DNA from: Euprymna scolopes
Lineage: Eukaryota
Length of the DNA stretch: 64,000 nt
Strand: one strand, 5' to 3'
Assembly: GCA_053919585.1 (NCBI GenBank)
Contig: CM132820.1
Shown: piece after piece, positions 54,201 to 64,000 of the stretch
How positions within the stretch are numbered: position 1 is the stretch's first letter
Layout: every line of letters starts with the position of its first letter
Translations under genes and position numbers: made by a program
Notes under the pieces: model-generated
Told to the model about the DNA's origin: nothing
Seen by the model: only the letters and a program-made list of their open reading frames with translations
Database searches by the model: none

Positions 54201-56199
54201 TTTGGCTAACTACTGCAGCTTTCAGCTTTGTCTCACTACTGTAGGTTTCAGCTTTGTCTCACTACTGTAGCTTTCAGCTTTGTCTCACTACTGCAGCTAT
54301 CAGCTTTGTCTCACTACTGCAGCTTTCAGCTTTGTCTCACTACTGCAGCTTTCAGCTTTGTCTCACTAATGTAGCTTTCAGCTTTGGCTCACTACTTCAG
54401 CTTTCAGCTTTGTCTCACTACTGCAGCTTTCAGCTTTGGCTCACTACTGCAGCGTTCAGCTTTGTCTCACTACTGCAGCTTTCAGCTTTGTCTCACTACT
54501 GCAGCTTTCAGCTTTGTCTCACTACTGCAGCTTTCAGCTTTGGCTCACTACTGCAGCTTTCAGCTTTGGCTCACTACTGCAGCTTTCAGCTTTGGCTCAC
54601 TACTGTAGCTTTCAGCTTTGGCTCACTACTGCAGCTTTCAGCTTTGTCTCACTACTGTAGCTTTCAGCTTTGTCTCACTACTGCAGGTTTCAGCTTTGGC
54701 TCACTACTGCAGCTTTCAGCTTTGTCTGACTACTGCAGCGTTCAGCTTTGTCTCACTACTGCAGCTTTCAGCTTTGGCTCACTACTGCAGCTTTCAGCTT
54801 TGTCTTACTACTGCAGCTTTCAGCTTTGTCTCACTACTGCAGCTTTCAGATTTGGCTCACTACTGCAGCTTTCAGCTTTGTCTCACTACTGCAGCTTTCA
54901 GCTTTGTCTCACTACTGCAGCTTTCAGCTTTGTCTCACTACTGCAGCTTTCAGCTTTGTCTCACTACTGTAGCTTTCAGCTTTGTCTCACTACTGCAGCT
55001 TTCAGCTTTGTCTCACTACTGCAGCTTTCAGCTTTGTCTTACTACTGCAGCTTTCAGCTTTGTCTCACTACTGCAGCTTTCAGCTTTGTCTCACTACTGC
55101 AGCTTTCAGCTTTGTCTACCTACTGCAGCTTTCAGCTTTGGCTCACTACTGCAGCTTTCAGCTTTGTCTCACTACTACAGCTTTCAGCTTTGTCTCACTA
55201 CTGCAGCTTTCAGCTTTGTCTCACTACTGTAGCTTTCAGCTTTGTCTCACTACTGTAGCTTTCAGCTTTGTCTGACTACTGCAGCTTTCAGCTTTGTCTC
55301 ACTACTGCCGCTTTCAGCTTTGTCTCACTACTGCAGCTTTCAGCTTTTTCTCACTACTGTAGCTTTCAGCTTTTGCTCACTACTGCAGCTTTCAGCTTTG
55401 GCTCACTACTGCAGCTTTCAGCTTTGGCTCACTACTGCAGCTTTCAGCTTTGTCTCACTACTGTAGCTTTCATCTTTGGCTCACTACTGTAGCTTTCAGC
55501 TTTGGCTCACTACTGCAGCTTTCAGCTTTTGCTCACTACTGCAGCTTTCAGCTTTGGCTCACTACTGCAGCTTTCAGCTTTGTCTCACTACTGCAGCTTT
55601 CAGCTTTGTCTCACTACTGCAGCTTTCAGCTTTGTCTCACTACTGTAGCTTTCAGCTTTGTCTCACTACTGTAGCTTTCAGCTTTGTCTCACTACTGCAG
55701 CTTTCAGCTTTGTCTCACTACTGCAGCTGTCAGCTTTGTCTCACTACTGTAGCTTTCAGCTTTGGCTCACTACTGCAGCTTTCAGCTTTGGCTCACTACT
55801 GCAGCTTTCAGCTTTGGCTCACTACTGCAGCTTTCAGCTTTGTCTCACTACTGCAGCTTTCAACTTTGTCTCACTACTGCCGCTTTCAGCTTTGTCTCAC
55901 TACTGCAGCTTTCAGCTTTGGCTCACTACTGTAGCTTTCAGCTTTGTCTCACTACTGTAGCTTTCAGCTTGTCTCACTACTGTAGCTTTCATCTTTGACT
56001 CACTATTGCAGCTTTCAGCTTTGGCTCACTACTGCAGCTTTCAGCTTTGTCTCACTACTGCAGCTTTCAGCTTTGTCTCACTACTGCAGCTTTCAGCTTT
56101 GTCTCACTACTGTAGCTTTCAGCTTTGTCTCACTACTGTAGCTTTCAGCTTTGTCTCACTACTGTAGCTTTCAGCTTTGGCTCACTACTGTAGCTTTCA

Positions 56200-59100
56200 G
56201 CTTTGGCTCACAACTGTAGCTTTCAGCTTTGTCTCACTACTGTAGCTTTCAGCTTTGTCTCACTACTGTAGCTTTCAGCTTTGTCTCACTACTACAGCTT
56301 TCAGCTTTGTCTCACTACTGCAGCTTTCAGCTTTGTCTCACTACTGCAGCTTTCAGCTTTGTCTCACTACTGTAGCTTTCAGCTTTGTCTCACTACTGCA
56401 GCTTTCAGCTTTGGCTCACTACTGCAGCTTTCAGCTTTGGCTCACTTCTGCAGCTTTAAGCTTTGTCTCACTACTGCAGCTTTCAGCTTTGTCTCACTAC
56501 TGCAGCTTTCAGCTTTGCCTCACTACTGCAGCTTTCAGCTTTGTCTCACTACTGCAGCTTTCAGCTTTGTCTCACTACTGTAGCTTTCAGCTTTGGCACA
56601 CTACTGTAGCTTTCAGCTTTGGCTCACTACTGCAGCTTTCAGCTTTGTCTCACTACTGTAGCTTTCAGCTATGTCTCACTACTGCAGCTTTCAGCTTTGG
56701 CTCACTACTGCAGCTTTAGCTTTGTCTCACTACTGCAGCTTTCAGCTTTGGCTCACTACTGCAGCTTTCAGCTTTGTCTCACTACTGTAGCTTTCAGCTT
56801 TGTCTCACTACTGTAGCTTTCATCTTTGGCTCACTACTGTAGCTTTCAGCTTTGTCTCACTACTGTAGCTTTCAGCCTTGTCTAACTACTGTAGCTTTCA
56901 GCTTTGGCTCACTACTGTAGCTTTCAGTTTTGGCTCACTACTGTAGCTTTCAGCTTTGTCTCACTACTGTAGCTTTCAGCTTTGTCTCACTACTGTAGCT
57001 TTCAGCTTTGTCTCACTACTGCAGCTTTCAGCTTTGTCTCACTACTGCAGCTTTCAGCTTTGTCTCACTACTGTAGCTTTCAGCTTTGTCTCACTACTGC
57101 AGCTTTTAGCTTTGGCTCACTACTGCAGCTTTCAACTTTGGCTCACTTCTGCAGCTTTCAGCTTTGTCTCACTACTGCAGCTTCCAGCTTTGTCTCACTA
57201 CTGCAGCTTTCAGCTTTGCCTCACTACTGCAGCTTTCAGCTTTGTCTCACTACTGCAGCTTTCAGCTTTGTCTCACTACTGTAGCTTTCAGCTTTGGCAC
57301 ACTACTGTAGCTTTCAGCTTTGGCTCACTACTGCAGCTTTCAGCTTTGTCTCACTACTGTAGCTTTCAGCTATGTCTTACTACTGAAGCTTTCAGCTTTG
57401 GCTCACTACTGCAGCTTTCAGCTTTGTCTCACTACTGCAGCTTTCAGGTTTGGCTCACTACTGCAGCTTTCAGCTTTGTCTCACTACTGTAGCTTTCAGC
57501 TTTGTCTCACTACTGTAGCTTTCATCTTTGGCTCACTACTGTAGCTTTTAGCTTTGGCTCACTACTGTAGCTTTCAGCTTTGTCTCACTACTGTAGCTTT
57601 CAGCTTTGGCTCACTACTGCAGCTTTCAGCTTTGTCTCACTACTGTAGCTTTCAGCTTTTACTCACTACTGTAGCTTTCAGCTTTGTCTCACTACTGCAG
57701 CTTTCAGCTTGGTCTCACTACTGCAGCTTTCAGCTTTGTCTCACTACTGCAGCTTTCAGCTTTGTCTCACTACTGTAGCTTTCAGCTTTGGCTCACTACT
57801 GCAGCTTTCAGCTTTGGCTCACTACTGCAGCTTTCAGCTTTGGCTCACTACTGCAGCTTTCAGCTTTGTCTCACTACTGCAGCTTTCAGCTTTGTCTCAC
57901 TACTGCAGCTTTCAGCTTTGTCTCACTACTGCAGCTTTCAGCTTTGGCTCACTACTGCAGCTGTCAGCTTTGGCTCACTACTGCAGCTTTCAGCTTTGGC
58001 TCACTACTGCAGCTTTCAGCTTTGTCTCACTACTGCAGCTTTCAGCTTTGTCTCACTACAGTAGCTTTCAGCTTTGGCTCACTACTGCAGCTTTCAGCTT
58101 TGTCTCACTACTGCAGCTTTCAGCTTTGTCTCACTACTGCAGCTTTCAGCTTTGTCTCACTACTGCAGCTTTCAGCTTTCGCTCACTACTGCAGCTTTCA
58201 GCTTTGTCTCACTACTGCAGCTTTCAGCTTTGGCTCACTACTGCAGCTTTCAGCTTTGTCTCACTACTGTAGCTTTCAGCTTTGTCTCACTACTGCAGCT
58301 TTACGCTTTGGCACACTACTGCAGCTTTCAGCTTTGTCTACCTACTGCAGCTTTCAGCTTTGGCTCACTACTGCAGCTTTCAGCTTTGTCTCACTACTGT
58401 AGCTTTCAGCTTTGTCTCACTACTGTAGCTTTCATCTTTGGCTCACTACTGTAGCTTTCAGCTATGGCTCACTACTGTAGCTTTCAGCTTTGTCTCACTA
58501 CTGTAGCTTTCAGCTTTGTCACACTACTGCAGCTTTCAGCTTTGGCTCACTACTGTAGCTTTCAGCTTTGTCTCACTACTGTAGCTTTCAGCTTTGTCTC
58601 ACTACTGTAGCTTTCCGCTTTGTCTCACTACTGCAGCTTTCAGCTTTGTCTCACTACTGCAGCTTTCAGCTTTGTCTCACTACTGCAGCTTTCAGCTTTG
58701 TCTCACTACTGTAGCTTTCAGCTTTGTCTCACTACTGCAGCTTTCAGCTTTGGCTCACTACTGCAGCTTTCAGGTTTGGCTCACTACCGCAGCTTTCAGC
58801 TTTGTCTCACTACTGCAGCTTTCAGCTTTGTCTCACTACTGCAGCTTTCAGCTTTCCCTCACTACTGCAGCTTTCAGCTTTGTCTCACTACTGCAGCTTT
58901 AAGCTTTGTCTCACTACTGTAGCTTTCAGCTTTGGCACACTACTGTAGCTTTCAGCTTTGGCTCACTACTGCAGCTTTCAGCTTTGTCTCACTACTGTAG
59001 CTTTCAGCTTTGTCTCACTACTGCAGCTTTTAGCTTTGGCTCACTACTGCAGCTTTCAGCTTTGTCTCACTACTGCAGCTTTCAGCTTTGGCTCACTACT

Positions 59101-62100
59101 GCATCTTTTAGCTTTGTCTCACTACTTTAGCTTTCAGCTTTGTCTCACTACTGTAGCTTTCATCTTTGGCTCACTACTGTAGCTTTCAGCTTTGGCTCAC
59201 TACTGTAGCTTTCAGCTTTGTCTCACTACTGTAGCTTTCAGCTTTGGCTCACTACTGCAGCTTTCAGCTTTGTCTCACTACTGTAGCTTTCAGCTTTTAC
59301 TCACTACTGTAGCTTTCAGCTTTGTCTCACTACTGCAGCTTTCAGCTTGGTCTCACTACTGCAGCTTTCAGCTTTGGCTCACTACTGCAGCTTTCAGCTT
59401 TGTCTCACTACTGTAGCTTTCAGTTTTGGCTCACTACTGCAGCTTTCAGCTTTGGCTCACTACTGCAGCTTTCAGCTTTGTCTCACTACTGCAGCTTTCA
59501 GCTTTGTCTCACTACTGCAGCTTTCAGCTTTGGCTCACTACTGCAGCTTTCAGCTTTGTCTCACTACTGTAGCTTTCAGCTTTGTCTCACTACTGTAGCT
59601 TTCATCTTTGGCTCACTACTGTAGCTTTCAGCTTTGTCTCACTACTGTAGCTTTCAGCCTTGTCTAACTACTGTAGCTTTCAGCTTTGGCTCACTACTGT
59701 AGCTTTCAGCTTTGGCTCACTACTGTAGCTTTCAGCTTTGTCTCACTACTGTAGCTTTCAGCTTTGTCTCACTACTGTAGCTTTCAGCTTTGTCTCACTA
59801 CTGCAGCTTTCAGCTTTGTCTCACTACTGCAGCTTTCAGCTTTGTCTCACTACTGCAGCTTTCAGCTTTGTCTCACTACTGTAGCTTTCAGCTTTGTCTC
59901 ACTACTGCAGCTTTTAGCTTTGGCTCACTACTGCAGCTTTCAGCTTTGGCTCACTTCTGCAGCTTTCAGCTTTGTCTCACTACTGCAGCTTTCAGCTTTG
60001 TCTCACTACTGCAGCTTTCAGCTTTGCCTCACTACTGCAGCTTTCAGCTTTGTCTCACTACTGCAGCTTTCAGCTTTGTCTCACTACTGTAGCTTTCAGC
60101 TTTGGCACACTACTGTAGCTTTCAGCTTTGGCTCACTACTGCAGCTTTCAGCTTTGTCTCACTACTGTAGCTTTCAGCTATGTCTCACTACTGAAGCTTT
60201 CAGCTTTGGCTCACTACTGCAGCTTTCAGCTTTGTCTCACTACTGCAGCTTTCAGCTTTGGCTCACTACTGCAGCTTTCAGCTTTGTCTCACTACTGTAG
60301 CTTTCAGCTTTGTCTCACTATTGTAGCTTTCATCTTTGGCTCACTACTGTAGCTTTTAGCTTTGGCTCACTACTGTAGCTTTCAGCTTTGTCTCACTACT
60401 GTAGCTTTCAGCTTTGGCTCACTACTGCAGCTTTCAGCTTTGTCTCACTACTGTAGCTTTCAGCTTTTACTCACTACTGTAGCTTTCAGCTTTGTCTCAC
60501 TACTGCAGCTTTCAGCTTGGTCTCACTACTGCAGCTTTCAGCTTTGTCTCACTACTGCAGCTTTCAGCTTTGTCTCACTACTGTAGCTTTCAGCTTTGGC
60601 TCACTACTGCAGCTTTCAGCTTTGGCTCACTACTGCAGCTTTCAGCTTTGGCTCACTACTGCAGCTTTCAGCTTTGTCTCACTACTGCAGCTTTCAGCTT
60701 TGTCTCACTACTGCAGCTTTCAGCTTTGTCTCACTACTGCAGCTTTCAGCTTTGGCTCACTACTGCAGCTGTCAGCTTTGGCTCACTACTGCAGCTTTCA
60801 GCTTTGGCTCACTACTGCAGCTTTCAGCTTTGTCTCACTACTGCAGCTTTCAGCTTTGTCTCACTACAGTAGCTTTCAGCTTTGGCTCACTACTGCAGCT
60901 TTCAGCTTTGTCTCACTACTGCAGCTTTCAGCTTTGTCTCACTACTGCAGCTTTCAGCTTTGTCTCACTACTGCAGCTTTCAGCTTTCGCTCACTACTGC
61001 AGCTTTCAGCTTTGTCTCACTACTGCAGCTTTAAGCTTTGGCTCACTACTGCAGCTTTCAGCTTTGTCTCACTACTGTAGCTTTCAGCTTTGTCTCACTA
61101 CTGCAGCTTTACGCTTTGGCACACTACTGCAGCTTTCAGCTTTGTCTACCTACTGCAGCTTTCAGCTTTGGCTCACTACTGCAGCTTTCAGCTTTGTCTC
61201 ACTACTGTAGCTTTCAGCTTTGTCTCACTACTGTAGCTTTCATCTTTGGCTCACTACTGTAGCTTTCAGCTATGGCTCACTACTGTAGCTTTCAGCTTTG
61301 TCTCACTACTGTAGCTTTCAGCTTTGTAACACTACTGCAGCTTTCAGCTTTGGCTCACTACTGTAGCTTTCAGCTTTGTCTCACTACTGTAGCTTTCAGC
61401 TTTGTCTCACTACTGTAGCTTTCCGCTTTGTCTCACTACTGCAGCTTTCAGCTTTGTCTCACTACTGCAGCTTTCAGCTTTGTCTCACTACTGCAGCTTT
61501 CAGCTTTGTCTCACTACTGCAGCTTTCAGCTTTGTCTCACTACTGTAGCTTTCAGCTTTGTCTCACTACTGTAGCTTTCAGCTTTGTCTCACTACTGCAG
61601 CTTTAAGCTTTGGCTAACTACTGCTGCTTTCAGCTTTGTCTCACTTCTGCAGCTTTCAGCTTTGTCTCCCTACTGCAGCTTTAAGCTTTGTCTCACTACT
61701 GTAGCTTTCAGCTTTGTCTCACTACTGTAGTTTTCAGCTTTGTCTCACTACTGTAGCTTTCAGCTTTGGCTCACTACTGTAGCTTTCAGCTTTGGCTCAC
61801 TACTGTAGCTTTCAGCTTTGTCTCACTACTGTAGCTTTCAGCTTTGTCTCACTACTGTAGCTTTCAGCTTTGTCTCACTACTGCAGCTTTCAGCTTTGGC
61901 TCACTACTGTAGCTTTCAGCTTTGTCTCACTACTGTAGCTTTCAGCTTTGTCTCACTACTGTAGCTTTCCGCTTTGTCTCACTACTGCAGCTTTCAGCTT
62001 TGTCTCACTACTGCAGCTTTCAGCTTTGTCTCACTACTGCAGCTTTCAGCTTTGTCTCACTACTGTAGCTTTCAGCTTTGTCTCACTACTGCAGCTTTCA

Positions 62101-64000
62101 GCTTTGGCTCACTACTGCAGCTTTTAGGTTTGGCTCACTACCGCAGCTTTCAGCTTTGTCTCACTACTGCAGCTTTCAGCTTTGTCTCACTACTGCAGCT
62201 TTCAGCTTTCCCTCACTACTGCAGCTTTCAGCTTTGTCTCACTACTGCAGCTTTAAGCTTTGTCTCACTACTGTAGCTTTCAGCTTTGGCACACTACTGT
62301 AGCTTTCAGCTTTGGCTCACTACTGCAGCTTTCAGCTTTGTCTCACTACTGTAGCTTTCAGCTTTGTCTCACTACTGCAGCTTTTAGCTTTGGCTCACTA
62401 CTGCAGCTTTCAGCTTTGTCTCACTACTGCAGCTTTCAGCTTTGGCTCACTACTGCATCTTTTAGCTTTGTCTCACTACTTTAGCTTTCAGCTTTGTCTC
62501 ACTACTGTAGCTTTCATCTTTGGCTCACTACTGTAGCTTTCAGCTTTGGCTCACTACTGTAGCTTTCAGCTTTGTCTCACTACTGTAGCTTTCAGCTTTG
62601 GCTCACTACTGCAGCTTTCAGCTTTGTCTCACTACTGTAGCTTTCAGCTTTTACTCACTACTGTAGCTTTCAGCTTTGTCTCACTACTGCAGCTTTCAGC
62701 TTGGTCTCACTACTGCAGCTTTCAGCTTTGGCTCACTACTGCAGCTTTCAGCTTTGTCTCACTACTGTAGCTTTCAGTTTTGGCTCACTACTGCAGCTTT
62801 CAGCTTTGGCTCACTACTGCAGCTTTCAGCTTTGTCTCACTACTGCAGCTTTCAGCTTTGTCTCACTACTGCAGCTTTCAGCTTTGGCTCACTACTGCAG
62901 CTTTCAGCTTTGTCTCACTACTGTAGCTTTCAGCTTTGTCTCACTACTGTAGCTTTCATCTTTGGCTCACTACTGTAGCTTTCAGCTTTGTCTCACTACT
63001 GTAGCTTTCAGCCTTGTCTAACTACTGTAGCTTTCAGCTTTGGCTCACTACTGTAGCTTTCAGCTTTGGCTCACTACTGTAGCTTTCAGCTTTGTCTCAC
63101 TACTGTAGCTTTCAGCTTTGTCTCACTACTGTAGCTTTCAGCTTTGTCTCACTACTGCAGCTTTCAGCTTTGTCTCACTACTGCAGCTTTCAGCTTTGTC
63201 TCACTACTGCAGCTTTCAGCTTTGTCTCACTACTGTAGCTTTCAGCTTTGTCTCACTACTGCAGCTTTTAGCTTTGGCTCACTACTGCAGCTTTCAGCTT
63301 TGGCTCACTTCTGCAGCTTTCAGCTTTGTCTCACTACTGCAGCTTTCAGCTTTGTCTCACTACTGCAGCTTTCAGCTTTGCCTCACTACTGCAGCTTTCA
63401 GCTTTGTCTCACTACTGCAGCTTTCAGCTTTGTCTCACTACTGTAGCTTTCAGCTTTGGCACACTACTGTAGCTTTCAGCTTTGGCTCACTACTGCAGCT
63501 TTCAGCTTTGTCTCACTACTGTAGCTTTCAGCTATGTCTCACTACTGAAGCTTTCAGCTTTGGCTCACTACTGCAGCTTTCAGCTTTGTCTCACTACTGC
63601 AGCTTTCAGCTTTGGCTCACTACTGCAGCTTTCAGCTTTGTCTCACTACTGTAGCTTTCAGCTTTGTCTCACTACTGTAGCTTTCATCTTTGGCTCACTA
63701 CTGTAGCTTTTAGCTTTGGCTCACTACTGTAGCTTTCAGCTTTGTCTCACTACTGTAGCTTTCAGCTTTGGCTCACTACTGCAGCTTTCAGCTTTGTCTC
63801 ACTACTGTAGCTTTCAGCTTTTACTCACTACTGTAGCTTTCAGCTTTGTCTCACTACTGCAGCTTTCAGCTTGGTCTCACTACTGCAGCTTTCAGCTTTG
63901 TCTCACTACTGCAGCTTTCAGCTTTGTCTCACTACTGTAGCTTTCAGCTTTGGCTCACTACTGCAGCTTTCAGCTTTGGCTCACTACTGCAGCTTTCAGC
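56200..64000 (+). repeat. Three-copy higher-order repeat, periods 2782-2808 bp and 3354 bp (107-108 and 129 monomers); third copy cut by the window end
   Basis: Marker cagccttgtctaac at 56876/59658/63012; ttacgc at 58303/61111 (2808); tttccctc at 58856/62210 (3354). Internal sub-repeats of 701 and 1638 bp from ORF pairs 56255/56956 and 57554/59192. Confidence 0.9.

Larger units (their letters stand above)
12805..64000 (+). repeat. 26-bp tandem satellite DNA array, ~1,969 full monomers, continuing past the window end; consensus CTCACTACTG[C/T]AGCTTTCAGCTTTG[G/T]
   Basis: Uninterrupted head-to-tail copies. Monomer starts at 12805 and 63980 are 51,175 bp apart = 1969 x 26 - 19, matching the 19 deleted bases counted by eye. 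Confidence 0.99.

Noticed and set aside
12853-63940. The many plus-strand ORFs of the type HYCSFQLCLTTAAFSFGSLLQLSAL (up to 334 aa at 54254-55258)
   Set aside because: They are translations of the 26-bp repeat. Because 26 is not a multiple of 3, the same 26-aa peptide appears in all three frames. Starts are mostly TTG, ORF length depends only on where the TAG allele falls, and the variable sites show no codon-position pattern.
12805-64000. CRISPR array or other repeat-spacer cassette system
   Set aside because: Repeats are directly adjacent with no unique spacers, there are no cas or recombinase genes, and the context is eukaryotic.
12805-64000. Telomeric repeat, or tandem tRNA/5S/snRNA/SL gene array
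   Set aside because: There is no TTAGGG/TTAGG-type G-rich unit. The 26-bp unit is too short for these RNA genes and lacks A/B boxes, a cloverleaf or an Sm site. A long telomerase-type unit is unlikely given kilobase-scale block duplications of rare variants.

Overview
Eukaryotic genomic DNA, most likely an AT-rich invertebrate animal (inferred from the microsatellites, a Helitron-type element and decayed LINEs; the species cannot be named from sequence alone). There are two parts. (1) Positions 1-~12,755 are AT-rich unique or low-copy sequence. They hold a 143-nt N gap, (TA)n/(GA)n/(CA)n microsatellites, an ETS/YY1-like promoter patch, a 424-bp non-autonomous Helitron (5400-5823, minus strand), a decayed LINE ORF1-like remnant (~8630-9320, minus), a decayed CR1/L2-group reverse-transcriptase remnant (~10915-11900, plus) and a few candidate exons. 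The best candidate (12530-12741, minus) encodes a clean transmembrane helix and ends about 13-40 bp from the satellite edge. (2) Positions ~12,755-64,000 are one uninterrupted head-to-tail 26-bp satellite, CTCACTACTG[C/T]AGCTTTCAGCTTTG[G/T], which runs off the window end. It has about 1,969 full monomers from 12,805. Two positions are strongly dimorphic, giving four common monomer types. Rare variants trace nested higher-order duplications (260 bp to 4.86 kb) whose lengths equal n x 26 minus the visible deletions, and copies look more alike further from the edge. All of the many plus-strand ORFs in the array are artefacts of the repeat. No complete gene, RNA gene or CRISPR array is supported. 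I found no demonstrated new biological system; the best leads are the satellite's architecture and its abutment with a probable coding exon.
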